A DNA stretch of 64,000 nucleotides from NCBI GenBank assembly GCA_965203175.1, contig OZ241867.1, positions 5,088,001 through 5,152,000 of the forward strand, in the 5' to 3' direction. The stretch is from Candidatus Latescibacterota bacterium (GTDB lineage: Bacteria; Latescibacterota; UBA2968; UBA8231). The position numbers and the translations under genes were made by a program. Below the pieces are notes generated by a model. That model searched no databases and had not been told where the DNA came from. It saw only the letters and a list, made by a program, of their open reading frames with translations. This document shows positions 38,725-49,142 of this stretch, piece by piece. Position 1 is the first letter of the stretch, and each line of letters opens with the position of its first letter.

Positions 38725-38926
38725 CCTCGTTTGCGCGCTTTTACTCCTGTGCAGCAGCGCCGCCCACGCCTACATCGGCCCCATTATCATCATCGGCGCA
38801 ATCGGCAGCATGTTCGGCTGGGTCGCCGCCGTGGTCCTCGCCGTCACGCTCGTGGCCTCGTACCCCTTTTACGTGCTGTACCGCCGCAAAAACAAACGCA
38901 AACAAAGCAAGGAAGAGCTGCCCTAG
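38699..38926 (+). CDS. Small membrane protein (AHAYIGP type)
   Basis: Signal-like segment ending AHA-YIGP, a second TM segment and a basic tail; overlaps the ASST stop. Confidence 0.7.
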   Translation: MPCHFSKISLVCALLLLCSSAAHAYIGPIIIIGAIGSMFGWVAAVVLAVTLVASYPFYVLYRRKNKRKQSKEELP

Positions 38927-39648
38927 CGCCCGTGCTCCCGCAGCAATTTCATCCCGTGCGCCAACGCCCCAGGCGTATCCACATCCTGCCACCAAGCCGC
39001 ACCAATATCCAAAGCGCGCAACCGGCCCTGCTCGATCAGTGCTCTCATCCCCTCAGTCAAACTGCAATCGCCCCGGCGCGCTTCCACCTCGCTAAGGTGC
39101 GCCACCAACGCATCGCTGCAAGCAAACAGGCCAGTATCGACGGCGTTGAAATCCGTCAGCTCCTTGCCAATCGCCGCAATGCGCTCGCCTTCTAACCGCA
39201 CCTTCGTCGCATCGTCCATGTCGTAGATCGCGTCCAGTTTGCTATCCACCGCTAACACCACCTCCCCAGGGCTTAGGCTAACGCCGCACATCGCGGCAAT
39301 CATCGCCGGGTCGAAGAGATGATCGGCCATCAGTAGGAGGAATTTCTCCGAGAGCATTCCGGTCGCTGCCAACACCGAGATCCCATTGGATAACTTCCAT
39401 TGCGCATTCTCGACAAACCGCAGCCCGATCCCCAGACCACTCGCCCCGTTCAGAGCCGCAGACACATCCGCGCCGCAATGCCCTGTAACCACGACGATCT
39501 CCTGCAGGCCACTTTGCTCCAGCATCCGACAGGTGCGCACCAACAGCGGCTCGCCTTCTATTTGCACTAGTGACTTGTGCGTTACCGGGACATGGCCGCG
39601 CAAACGCGAGCCATGCCCAGCGGCCAAAATAAGCGCTTGGTCAATCAC
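38923..39648 (-). CDS. NTP transferase (cytidylyltransferase-like)
   Basis: ALILAAGHGSRL, KSLV, MADH, AVDTGLF, WQDVDT. Confidence 0.88.
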   Translation of the reverse strand: MIDQALILAAGHGSRLRGHVPVTHKSLVQIEGEPLLVRTCRMLEQSGLQEIVVVTGHCGADVSAALNGASGLGIGLRFVENAQWKLSNGISVLAATGMLSEKFLLLMADHLFDPAMIAAMCGVSLSPGEVVLAVDSKLDAIYDMDDATKVRLEGERIAAIGKELTDFNAVDTGLFACSDALVAHLSEVEARRGDCSLTEGMRALIEQGRLRALDIGAAWWQDVDTPGALAHGMKLLREHGR

Positions 39649-39687
39649 AGTATCTCTCCTCAAGGGCGCACAAGACACGCCCCGCAA

Positions 39688-41814
39688 TTAACCGATGATA
39701 AACACTATATTGCCGGTCTTGCCGGTAAAGTAGTCGATGACAATCCACAAGCCGTTACACAGGCTCTCGCCCATAATCAGCCCCAAGAAGAAGCGCACGC
39801 TCGCCGCGTAAAGCGCCGGTCCGCCAAAGCGCAGCACGATCCGCTTGATCCCCCAAGCAATGAAAATGCTGAACCATATCTTGTCCATCAGGTGATTGGC
39901 CGCTACCGCAAAACCCAGCGGATGCAACGGCCACCACAGCACGTGATGCCGCGCCCACATCAGCAAGAGCATGACTGCGCCGCCACCGGCGCAAAAAGCA
40001 AGTCCATCCCAAGCCACGCCCGCCGGCTCCAGCCCCCGCACCGCATAGTTGTACACGGTTGACGGCCCGCCCTTAAAAAACCACCCCACCAAATTGATCC
40101 CCCCGTGCCGGTGCGCCATGTGCAGCACCATCCAGCACGAGCCAACCGCGCCAATCAAAATAGCCAAGCACACCCCCCACATCACCACCCGCCGACTCGG
40201 CCGCGTCATGTCTTCGACCAGCTTCAACCCGTTGGCCAAGAGCGCCATCACAAAGATGCGGATGTCGGCACACCAGATATAGGCCAGCGACAAATTGAAC
40301 ACCCCGCTGGTGCCAATCGCATTGGCACCCAACCCGTATATCATCAGGTCCGGCGCGATCATAGGCGAGCGCACAGCCGCCAATCCCGCCTCGGCCACAA
40401 TCCGGCTAATCCCAATAAAGATCAACAGCGCCAATCCAATAAACACCGCCGCCACCCATAATTGCACCCCCATCAGCCACAACCACCCCACCATCGTCGC
40501 CACGCCAGCCAGCAAGGCGCAAACCGCGCCGCGATACGGAATGATCTCGTCGCCATCGTCGATGTCGCGCGCGCCCCACAACGCTTTGCGAAACACCCGC
40601 TTCAGGTGTTCGCGCCCGACCCATAGGCCAGCTAGCACCAGCGCTAGTAACGCGCCGCCGCCTTGATAGGCCAGATAGGGCTGGGAGGCAATGCCATAGA
40701 CGAACTTCTGCTTGGACGTCAGCCCCATCAACAATAGGACCTCAGACTCGGCCTGGACCAAAAGCTGGAAAATCCACAGGCCTGCCGAGATGCTCGTGTT
40801 GATCAAATAAGAAAAGCCCACCATCGCGAAGATGATCCGTAGTTGCAAGGGCTGGCCGAAGTAGGGCATCCACCACTGCAAGTTTACATTGGGCATAGAC
40901 GGATAGTACTGGTGCAGTGCCTCCAGCGACCCCCACAGCACTGGAATGGCGCAGCCATACCACATGGCCCGGCTCTTAAAAAAGCGGTTGACCAAACCCC
41001 GACCCTCGCCCTGCACCATGGCCGCCCCCACCTGCGCCACCGGGTACGCCAGCCGCTCGCGGTCCATCCACTGCCGCCGCAAGATCACGGCCGCGGCAAT
41101 CATCGTCGCGTAGAGCGCGATGAGAAACATGGCCCACCACAACAGCGGCTCGACCCAAGCCCCATAAGGGATTTCCCCGCCCTCGAAGAAAGCGCGGTTG
41201 TCCGCTCCGTCGTCAACCAAGATCGCGCTCTCGGGCAACAGCGGGCCGAGCTTTTCCTGCCACTGGTTTTGCGGCGTACCGTAATACGCAAAGGCCGCGA
41301 GAATGGGCAGTAACTGCTGGCTCATGCCCATAGTGCACAGGGCCGAGACCATCAAGAGCATGATGTACACCAAGACCAAGTCGGCGCGGCCAAGAGCCAG
41401 CGATCCGCCGTGCCAGACTAAAGCTGCGTTGAGCAGAACCGAGGCCACCAAAAAGGAGGCAAACCACAGGCCCGGCTTGAACAGGTCGATCTGCGGCTGG
41501 GGCAGGTAATACGCCAGATAGAGACCCAGTGCTACTACGGCCACCCCCAGCGCCCCAATCCCATTCCGCGCCACCACCTTGAACAGGACGTTGAGCAGAC
41601 CAATGAGCACGAGGAACAGGAAGATTGCGCCTGGGGTATTGAAGTCCCACGCCATAAAGGTCGCGTGCATGGCCATGTTGGCGTATGGCGCGCCAATGGC
41701 GAGGAAGAAGCTGAGAAAGATACCCGTCCAAAAGCCGCGCCAAGTAATGCCAATCGCGGTCCCCGGGAGGGATTTGGGGGAAGAGGCAAAGTTGGAGGGA
41801 ATGGACCGCCGCAA
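39688..41814 (-). CDS. Large polytopic membrane protein (DUF6785/DUF6784-like putative transporter)
   Basis: LRRQW...ERLAYP, RIVAEAG, WWPLHPLGF; many TM helices; start codon uncertain. Confidence 0.8.
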   Translation of the reverse strand: MRRSIPSNFASSPKSLPGTAIGITWRGFWTGIFLSFFLAIGAPYANMAMHATFMAWDFNTPGAIFLFLVLIGLLNVLFKVVARNGIGALGVAVVALGLYLAYYLPQPQIDLFKPGLWFASFLVASVLLNAALVWHGGSLALGRADLVLVYIMLLMVSALCTMGMSQQLLPILAAFAYYGTPQNQWQEKLGPLLPESAILVDDGADNRAFFEGGEIPYGAWVEPLLWWAMFLIALYATMIAAAVILRRQWMDRERLAYPVAQVGAAMVQGEGRGLVNRFFKSRAMWYGCAIPVLWGSLEALHQYYPSMPNVNLQWWMPYFGQPLQLRIIFAMVGFSYLINTSISAGLWIFQLLVQAESEVLLLMGLTSKQKFVYGIASQPYLAYQGGGALLALVLAGLWVGREHLKRVFRKALWGARDIDDGDEIIPYRGAVCALLAGVATMVGWLWLMGVQLWVAAVFIGLALLIFIGISRIVAEAGLAAVRSPMIAPDLMIYGLGANAIGTSGVFNLSLAYIWCADIRIFVMALLANGLKLVEDMTRPSRRVVMWGVCLAILIGAVGSCWMVLHMAHRHGGINLVGWFFKGGPSTVYNYAVRGLEPAGVAWDGLAFCAGGGAVMLLLMWARHHVLWWPLHPLGFAVAANHLMDKIWFSIFIAWGIKRIVLRFGGPALYAASVRFFLGLIMGESLCNGLWIVIDYFTGKTGNIVFIIG

Positions 41815-41817
41815 ACT

Positions 41818-43695
41818 TCAATACTCCACGTGGATGTCGGCCAGCACGGGCGTTTCCGCGACCAAGGCGCGCACGCGGTGCAGATGCAGCTGCCCGGCCC
41901 GGCTCAGCGCAGACTCACCCCCCGCCAGCAAATCGCGCTGCTCCAGCGCGTCGGTCGACAAATCGAACAACATGGAGCCGCGCCAGCTATAATTGATGTA
42001 CTTCCAATCATCGGCCACAATCGCATAGCCTTTGCGCGACCACTGCACGTGCTCGTCCGTATTGACCACCACGATCAGGCGGTCGGGATCTAGCGGACGC
42101 AGGAGCGAGCGGCCGTCCAGTCGCTCCTGCCACGCAGCGACCGTGGAATCGGCGGACAACCCGAGGAGGTCCAGCGCAGTCGGCACCAAGTCCGTTAATG
42201 CAACGCGCACCGGCGCGTTCTGACGCCACTGATCGAATCTATCCCCCAGTCGCTCCCGCTGCCGCTCGGGCACGACGGCAAAAAACGGGACGGCAATCGC
42301 CGTCTGGTAATACGAATCCGTGCGGTGAAGTTTGTGGACGCTGTCGAGGTCTTCGCCGTGGTCGGCTACAAAGAGCACGATCGTATTCGCCGCTAGGCCC
42401 TCTGCGGCGAGATGGTCGAACAGCCGTCCGAGTAGGTGATCCATATAGGCGACCGCATTATCGTAACTCGCGTCCGGCCACGGCTGCCAATCCGGCGGCG
42501 AGTACCCCGGATAATGCGTGCAATTGAATTGCAGAGCCACCACAAACGAGCCGCGTGCGGCAAAGCGATCGATAGTTGCAAGAGTCTCCGCCATCATCCG
42601 GCGGTCGTCCATGCCTTCGGAGTTGACGATCTCAGCGTCCGAGCGCTCGAGCGTAAACACGTGGTCCAGCGCGTCATCGACGAAAAAACCTTCGAGATTG
42701 TTCCAAGCGTAGCTCTGCGCCGAAATCAGCGCGGTCTGATAGCCAGCAGCGTGGGCGTAGTGCCACAGCAGCGGGAAGGTGTGCTGCTCCACGGGCGGGC
42801 GCGACGGAAAAAGCCCAGTCAGCATGGCCGGCAGCGCCACCTTGGTCGCCGTGGCATTCGACACGGCCTTTTCCATCTGCACCCAATCCGCTGGCCGCGC
42901 CTTGCGCAACGCCGCCAGCCGAGGTGTAGTTTGCCGCTCGTACCCATAGAGGTCCATGCGACTGAGCGCGACGCTTTCCCCAAGCACCACGATGAGGTTG
43001 GGCGCGCTGGCGTCCACAGGCGCGCCGCTGTAAATCGCCGCCGCTGCCGGCCGGCTCGCTTGCAACAAGCGCCCGTGCACCCCGCCGACGAGCGAGTGAA
43101 CGGCAAAGTCAATGGCCAGCTTCGCGGCCGCTGCATCCGGCACCATGATGCTTGCGTGGCGATGTACTGCGCCAAAAGCCACCGCCCCGGCCAAGTACAG
43201 CGCGGCCAAAATGCGGCCCCAATACTGAGGCCGAAAAACGCTGCCGTGCGCTGGCTGGCGATCCGGACGCAGCTTGTAGCGCCACCACCCCACGACAAAA
43301 ACCACCACCATCACCCAGACGACCGCGTCCCCCCAGTCAGCTGCGTTGAGGATATACCCCCAAGCCTCGCGTGGATGGCCAGCCGAATGCACGAGCGCGT
43401 AAGCCGTTGGCCAGCAGTAAAATACTGAGTGGAAATCAAGCCACACCATAGCCAGCGCCGCTGTCACCGCGCCGACGCTGATGACGAACACAGCTTGCCA
43501 GCGCGGGCGCAACCGGCAGCTTATCGCGAAAAGACCCTGCCACATCACCAGCGAAAACGCCACCGACAACCCCCACCACGCCCACTGCGTCAGGCGCAAA
43601 TCGAGCGTCGGCCGTAGCCACAGATCGACACCCACCCCCAACAAGGTAATGGGGAGCAAGGGCATCATTTGCTTTCGCACGGCGGAGTCGTCCAT
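41818..43695 (-). CDS. Membrane-anchored alkaline-phosphatase-superfamily enzyme (phosphoethanolamine-transferase/sulfatase-like)
   Basis: N-terminal TM helices; PNLIVVLGES, YGYERQTTPRL, SNATATK (Thr nucleophile), YDNAV, ADHGE. Confidence 0.8.
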   Translation of the reverse strand: MDDSAVRKQMMPLLPITLLGVGVDLWLRPTLDLRLTQWAWWGLSVAFSLVMWQGLFAISCRLRPRWQAVFVISVGAVTAALAMVWLDFHSVFYCWPTAYALVHSAGHPREAWGYILNAADWGDAVVWVMVVVFVVGWWRYKLRPDRQPAHGSVFRPQYWGRILAALYLAGAVAFGAVHRHASIMVPDAAAAKLAIDFAVHSLVGGVHGRLLQASRPAAAAIYSGAPVDASAPNLIVVLGESVALSRMDLYGYERQTTPRLAALRKARPADWVQMEKAVSNATATKVALPAMLTGLFPSRPPVEQHTFPLLWHYAHAAGYQTALISAQSYAWNNLEGFFVDDALDHVFTLERSDAEIVNSEGMDDRRMMAETLATIDRFAARGSFVVALQFNCTHYPGYSPPDWQPWPDASYDNAVAYMDHLLGRLFDHLAAEGLAANTIVLFVADHGEDLDSVHKLHRTDSYYQTAIAVPFFAVVPERQRERLGDRFDQWRQNAPVRVALTDLVPTALDLLGLSADSTVAAWQERLDGRSLLRPLDPDRLIVVVNTDEHVQWSRKGYAIVADDWKYINYSWRGSMLFDLSTDALEQRDLLAGGESALSRAGQLHLHRVRALVAETPVLADIHVEY

Positions 43696-43728
43696 TAGAA
43701 CCTAGCAATGGCCGCTGCACTGCACTAC

Positions 43729-44640
43729 CTACGCGCCTAAGACCCCCAAGCGCTCCAACTCCTGTTTGATCGCCTCGCGCCCCGCCGGTGGCACATTGAT
43801 CCGAGGCGGGCGCACCGCACCGCCAGCCAGCCCCATCAACTCCATCGTCGTCTTGAGCATACCGGCGTCGTCAAAGCGCGAGCGCAATCGCTCCAAGGGG
43901 GCCAACTGCTCCTGTAACTCGATCATCTGAGGCCAATCCTGCTGTTGCGCAGCAGCGAAAAGCGCCAGCTCTAGCTGCGGAGCGAAGTTGACAAAACCAG
44001 CGGTAAAGCCCTCGATCCCAGCCTGAAAGCGGAAGTGCAACACGCCCGGGTCGTGGCGCTTGTTGCCGATCCAGACGAAGCGGTCGCCGAGCCGCTTGAT
44101 GGCGCGGAATAGGTTGTGCGGCTCAACGCAGGGATCTTTAATCGCGGCGATCTGCGGCACCTCGGCCAGCCGCTCAAACAGTTCGGCCGACCAGCCCTGC
44201 GTATTGTAAGGCATCAGCGCCAGCCCCGACCGCGTCCCCAGCGCTTCGTAGTATTCATACACCCCTTCGGAATCTTCGGGCAATTGGTGGCGCGTGTAGG
44301 GCGCCATGGCCAGCGCCACGCGCAATCCCAACGCCTCGTAGCGCGGTGCCAAGTCCGCGGCCTCGCCCAAGTTGCCGGGCAAGGTCGGCACCACCAGCGC
44401 CCGCTCGCCCACCGTCGCCAGCGCCCGCTCGGCCAGTGTTAAACGCTCGGGCGGAGCCAATGCGTCATTTTCACCAGTTCCACCGGCCACCACAAAAACC
44501 CGCACCCCTCTGTCGGCGGCCCACGCTATATTGCGCGCAAACCCTTCCAAATCGAGTGCGTACAGGTCATCGCCCTGATAAATGGTCAGCGCATAGGCGT
44601 GGACGTCCTTTAGCCGGTCGCGCAAGGCATGGTCGATCAT
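43729..44640 (-). CDS. DHDPS/NAL family lyase (keto-deoxy sugar-acid dehydratase-like)
   Basis: AGGTGE, MPYN, AIKD Schiff-base Lys, GGAVRPP. Confidence 0.88.
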   Translation of the reverse strand: MIDHALRDRLKDVHAYALTIYQGDDLYALDLEGFARNIAWAADRGVRVFVVAGGTGENDALAPPERLTLAERALATVGERALVVPTLPGNLGEAADLAPRYEALGLRVALAMAPYTRHQLPEDSEGVYEYYEALGTRSGLALMPYNTQGWSAELFERLAEVPQIAAIKDPCVEPHNLFRAIKRLGDRFVWIGNKRHDPGVLHFRFQAGIEGFTAGFVNFAPQLELALFAAAQQQDWPQMIELQEQLAPLERLRSRFDDAGMLKTTMELMGLAGGAVRPPRINVPPAGREAIKQELERLGVLGA

Positions 44641-44663
44641 CGCGTTCTCCTGTGTCGTAGTGA

Positions 44664-45779
44664 TTAATGCGCCACTGACCCGTCGGCGTGAAAACTGCCT
44701 TTAATCGCCCAGCGCTCGTACGGGTATTTCGCCAGCGCGTCTTCGACTATTTCAACCCCAATCCCCGGCCGATCTGTCAGCAGCCGATAGCCGCCCTCGA
44801 CTTGTAGCTGCTCATCGACGATCTCGGTCATCGGCCCGTTGAGGGCATTGTGCTCGGTGTGCGTGTAGTTGGGAATGGCCGCGGCTAGCTGCGCGAAAGC
44901 CGCGTTGTTGATGGGGCTGCCCATCAGATGGGGGAACACCCCGACGAAAACCATCTCCGCCAGCGCGGCAATTTTCTTCACCTGCGTGAATCCGCCCGCT
45001 AAGGACAGGTCTGGCCGAATAAAGCTGACGATCTGGCGATCGATCAAATCCTTAAACTGGAAGGGGTTGTAGCACCGCTCGCCCGTGGCGATTGGGATGT
45101 TGATGTTCTGGGCGACGTACTCAAGGGCCTCAAAGCTCTGCGGTGGCAGCGGGTCCTCGTAGTACAGTATCTTAAAGGGCGTCAACTCCGTGGCCAGTGC
45201 AATCGCCTCCTCCGGCCGCAAGTTCCGGTGGATCTCCAACCCCAAATCCATCTCGTCCCCAAGCGCCTCCCGCGCCGCAGCCACCAATTCCACAGCCGTC
45301 GAGATATTGGCCGTGCTAGTGCGCTGCTCAAACCCGCTGACAAACGGCCCCATCCGAAACGACGTAAACCCCTGCTCCACTCTCGCCCGCGCACTCTCCC
45401 GCACCTCCTCGGGCGTCTGCCCACCGACGTTCTCGTACACTTTTACCTTGTCGCGGCACTTACCGCCCAACAACTGGTACACGGGCAAATTTACTGCCTT
45501 GCCGAATATGTCCCACAGCGCAATGTCGATCGCGCTCATCGCCGCGCTCATCGCCGCACCCATGAAGTGCGCCGACCGCGACACCACCTGATAGTGATGC
45601 TCAATGCGCAGCGGATCCTTACCCACGTAGTAATCACTCAACTCCCCCAGCGCCTCTTTCACCACCCCGTGATGCGCCCACAACCCAGCCTCCCCATTGC
45701 CGACGATTCCCTCGTCCGTATAGATCCGCACCAACAAAAACCTGCCCACCAAAAACGTCCGAATCTCTGTGATTTTCAT
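44664..45779 (-). CDS. Mandelate racemase family sugar-acid dehydratase (DgoD-like)
   Basis: SAIDIALWDI.GK, LGGKCRD, EIH, YEDP, IATGER, RPD, PH. Confidence 0.9.
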   Translation of the reverse strand: MKITEIRTFLVGRFLLVRIYTDEGIVGNGEAGLWAHHGVVKEALGELSDYYVGKDPLRIEHHYQVVSRSAHFMGAAMSAAMSAIDIALWDIFGKAVNLPVYQLLGGKCRDKVKVYENVGGQTPEEVRESARARVEQGFTSFRMGPFVSGFEQRTSTANISTAVELVAAAREALGDEMDLGLEIHRNLRPEEAIALATELTPFKILYYEDPLPPQSFEALEYVAQNINIPIATGERCYNPFQFKDLIDRQIVSFIRPDLSLAGGFTQVKKIAALAEMVFVGVFPHLMGSPINNAAFAQLAAAIPNYTHTEHNALNGPMTEIVDEQLQVEGGYRLLTDRPGIGVEIVEDALAKYPYERWAIKGSFHADGSVAH

Positions 45780-45790
45780 TTTTTTCCTTT

Positions 45791-46540
45791 CTAGTACAAA
45801 CTCATCAATCCTTCTGCGCCTTTAATCTTCTTCTTTTTAAAACTCGGACTAAGCCACCGCGCTCGCGACTCCCGCCCCGGATTGCGATACGCATACACCA
45901 CGCACCACCGCGTGTCGCTGTCTTCCTTGCGCGGATTGACCCCATGCGCCGCATGCGTCCACATCAACACCACCGTCCCCTGCGGCACCGACAACTCCTC
46001 GATTGCGAGCGGTTGGCCGCTAACCGGATGCACCTTCCCCGCCATCCACCCCTGCGCCAACGCGGCATCCGACTCCGCGTTAATACCCGGATCCCGATAC
46101 AAATGGCTCCCCGGCACCACCTTCAATCCGCCGTCGTCGGCCGCAAAGCCATTGACGTAAAAAAATACCCGCACAAAACCCAGTGCCGGATCGTCGTCGG
46201 CGTACTCGTGGCTGTGCCAATTGCTCCCCGGATTGCCCCCTTCGCGGTTCAACGTCACGCAGTGGTCGTAGCGAATCTCTGGCCCCAGCACTCGACGCAC
46301 TAAGTCCAGTAGTTGCGGATGCCCGATCAGGCTCTCCAAATAGGCGTCGAATTCAGCGGCAAAGCGCGAAGGGATATATTCCTCGTCATCGCGCGGCAGC
46401 GACTGGATGTGCGCCAGCGCCGCGGTCAACTGGGAACACGCCGCGTCGGTCAGGATGCCCGGCAGCGCGATGTGTCCGTCGTGGTCGAGGACAGCCCGTT
46501 CGTCAGCTCCGAACACAAAGGGGCGAAACAGCGCTTCCAT
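45791..46540 (-). CDS. PhyH-family Fe/2OG dioxygenase
   Basis: DGGLKVVPGSH, HAAHG, R.C.VYAY; proximal motif WHSHE. Confidence 0.85.
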   Translation of the reverse strand: MEALFRPFVFGADERAVLDHDGHIALPGILTDAACSQLTAALAHIQSLPRDDEEYIPSRFAAEFDAYLESLIGHPQLLDLVRRVLGPEIRYDHCVTLNREGGNPGSNWHSHEYADDDPALGFVRVFFYVNGFAADDGGLKVVPGSHLYRDPGINAESDAALAQGWMAGKVHPVSGQPLAIEELSVPQGTVVLMWTHAAHGVNPRKEDSDTRWCVVYAYRNPGRESRARWLSPSFKKKKIKGAEGLMSLY

Positions 46541-46560
46541 ACCTCAGAATCTCCAGTCGG

Positions 46561-47316
46561 TTATGCTTGCACTTCTTCAAAAAGAGAGGCACGCGCATGG
46601 AAATACGGCGGCTCAAAAAGCAACGCCTGCCGCCCGGTCAAGGCAACGCCGTCCGGCGGCTTAATGTGACCTTTGGACCACGACTGCTGCCCTGGGCTGT
46701 ATTTGAACAGCAGCGAGCGCCGCTGATGCGCGGCCTGCCACGGTGCCGTGCCGTGCGTGAGTGCCTCGGTAAAAATCACCACCGACCCGGCCTTTGCCTC
46801 CGGCACTACTACGCACCCGGCCTCAACGTGGGCCTCGCGGATTTCCTGCGGACAGGGATAATTGACCTTGTGGCTACCCGGAATGCAGCAAAAACCGCCA
46901 TGCACCGGCCCGGTATCGGCCAAGTTCCAGGAGACGACCGTCAGCCCGTTGTACATCTGTCCATTGCGAAAGTGGTAGTACTCCGGTGGGTCGTAGGGCG
47001 TGTTGCCTCCGTGCAACCCGAGCCGCTCGGCACCGGCCTCCAAATAAATCGCATAGTAGTGATCAAGCCGAAAGCCGTCGCCTAAGATCACCTTGAGCAA
47101 CGGCATAATGCGCTCGTGGTCCAGCAAATCGACAAAGGGCTGGCCCCACGTCAAAAACCCGCCAGTGTGCAGCCGCCCTTCCGCCTGCTCCACATCCGCA
47201 CCCATCTCTTGGGCGTCAATCAGCCGATTCAACTCGGCAACAGCTTCCGCATCCAACACGTCCTCGACGATCAGATAACCCTGGAGGTCAAACAGGTATC
47301 GCTCTACTTCAGTCAT
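46561..47316 (-). CDS. PhyH-family Fe/2OG enzyme with HGG motif
   Basis: FDLQGYL, LHGG, GGFCCIPGSHK, AGSVVIF.EALTHGT, RRSLLFKY. Confidence 0.88.
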   Translation of the reverse strand: MTEVERYLFDLQGYLIVEDVLDAEAVAELNRLIDAQEMGADVEQAEGRLHTGGFLTWGQPFVDLLDHERIMPLLKVILGDGFRLDHYYAIYLEAGAERLGLHGGNTPYDPPEYYHFRNGQMYNGLTVVSWNLADTGPVHGGFCCIPGSHKVNYPCPQEIREAHVEAGCVVVPEAKAGSVVIFTEALTHGTAPWQAAHQRRSLLFKYSPGQQSWSKGHIKPPDGVALTGRQALLFEPPYFHARASLFEEVQA

Positions 47317-47387
47317 ATATGAAGGCTCCTATTTGGGTGGACAGAATCGGGGGCTTTTTCTATGCTCTCCACTGGGAGGAATGTACC

Positions 47388-48179
47388 ATGCTACTGACGA
47401 CCGACGAAATGCGCTTCTTCAAGCACAACGGCTACCTCGTCAAACGAGGCGTCCTCGACCCCGCGCTCATGGAGCGCGCCCGCACCCGGCTGTGGGACGG
47501 CGCGCCGCCGGACCGCCGCCGCGACGACCCCGACACTTGGGTTGGCCCGTTCCGCGAAGACGAAGAAAACCCCGACGGTGCCAACCACCGCCGCGGCTTT
47601 CGCTGGAACTTCCGCGAGCCGGGCGGCGAGGAGTGGATGGTGCGCCTGCTCGCCACCGATCCCAAGGTGTGGGCCATGGCCGAACAAATGCTCGGCAAGG
47701 GCCAGCTCGTCCAACCCGAGCGCATTCGCGGCATCTACTGCACCCTGCCCTACGGCGATCACCCGCCCCAAGCCCTAGGGTGCCACACCGACGGCCACCC
47801 CTTCCACCTCGGCGTGGTCGGCTACATCGACGACGTGCCGCCCAACGGCGGCAGCTTTATGGTCTGGCCCGAAAGCCATCGCGCCTTCTACCCAACCTTC
47901 ACTTCGCAGTACCTCCGCGACCAAGACGAAGACGCCTACGAAAAAGTGCGCACCGAATTCAACCGGCGCCCGCCCGTCGATACCCACGGCCAAGCCGGCG
48001 ATATTGTCTTCTGGCACCACCGCCTCGGCCACATGGCTAGCCCGAACACCTCGCACCAACTGCGCCAAGCCGTGCTCTACGATTTTCTCAAGAAGGACAT
48101 CGAACAAACCCAGCAGGAGCCGCCGCAAAAGGACATGTGGCGCGACTGGTCGGCCGAGATGCGCGCCATCGCCATCTAG
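47388..48179 (+). CDS. PhyH-family Fe/2OG dioxygenase
   Basis: FFKHNGYL, CHTD, GGSFMVWPESH, AGDIVFWHHRLGH, RQAV. Confidence 0.88.
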   Translation: MLLTTDEMRFFKHNGYLVKRGVLDPALMERARTRLWDGAPPDRRRDDPDTWVGPFREDEENPDGANHRRGFRWNFREPGGEEWMVRLLATDPKVWAMAEQMLGKGQLVQPERIRGIYCTLPYGDHPPQALGCHTDGHPFHLGVVGYIDDVPPNGGSFMVWPESHRAFYPTFTSQYLRDQDEDAYEKVRTEFNRRPPVDTHGQAGDIVFWHHRLGHMASPNTSHQLRQAVLYDFLKKDIEQTQQEPPQKDMWRDWSAEMRAIAI

Positions 48180-49063
48180 CCGGCAAACGCATCCGAGGGC
48201 ACGCCGCGCACGCCCGGATCGACCCGCACTAGCGAACCGGCCAAAGGCTGAGCCTGCCGCTCCTCGGCGTCGAAACCTCGGCTTGCCGAGGTGATGTAGA
48301 GCTGGTCCAGATTCACGCCGCCGAAGGCGCAAGACGTCACATTGGACATGGGTAGTTCCAAGTGGCGCAGCAACTCCCCCGATTGGGAATCATAGCACAA
48401 GACGCACCAGCCCCCGAATACAGCGATCCACAAGGCGTCTTTCTCGTCGATGGCCATGCCGTCTAACACCCCCGGCCCTCCGTACTCCACCACCACGCGC
48501 TCGTTGCTGATGTCCCCACTGTCGCGGCAGTAGTCGTATGCGCGCACATTGTTCAAGCCAGAGTCAATGAAATACATAGTCTGCTGATCGGCGCTCCAGA
48601 CGATGCCGTTGGATATGCTAACCGGCTCGACCTTGCGGCTCACCGAGTGATCCACATCGAGACAGTAGAGCGCGCCTTGATCCCGTGCACCCCCAAACTC
48701 CATCGTCCCCGCCCACAGCCGGCCAGCCGGGTCGCACTTGCCGTCGTTGAAGCGATTGGCGGGGATCGCGCTCTCGGGGTCTTCGCCGAGGGGCACCATG
48801 CGCTCCGTCCGCAAGTCGATGTGGGCAAAGCCATTGTGCAGCGCCACGACGAGGCCGCCGCTCTTCCGCTTGACCACCGTGCCCACGGCTTGGCACGTGG
48901 GGATGGTGCGGTTGATTCCGCTCACAGGATCGTACACATAGACCTCGTGACCGAGAATATCAACCCAGTACAACAACTCGTCATCCGCATCCCAAACGGC
49001 CCCTTCGCCGATGAGCGCGTCCTTTTCCACGACTAGTTCGGGTGCTATCTTTTTCTTGTTCAT
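48176..49063 (-). CDS. SMP-30/gluconolactonase family protein
   Basis: GEGAVW, LYWVDI, RFNDGKCDPAGRLWAGTM, ISNGIVWS, DGMAID, TSCAFGG. Confidence 0.93.
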   Translation of the reverse strand: MNKKKIAPELVVEKDALIGEGAVWDADDELLYWVDILGHEVYVYDPVSGINRTIPTCQAVGTVVKRKSGGLVVALHNGFAHIDLRTERMVPLGEDPESAIPANRFNDGKCDPAGRLWAGTMEFGGARDQGALYCLDVDHSVSRKVEPVSISNGIVWSADQQTMYFIDSGLNNVRAYDYCRDSGDISNERVVVEYGGPGVLDGMAIDEKDALWIAVFGGWCVLCYDSQSGELLRHLELPMSNVTSCAFGGVNLDQLYITSASRGFDAEERQAQPLAGSLVRVDPGVRGVPSDAFAG

Positions 49064-49142
49064 CTCGAATTTCCTCCTTTGGGGGGCAACACTAGGTCGC
49101 CCGCCATTTTCTGTCAAACGCGCCGCTCGGGAGCACCACGCC

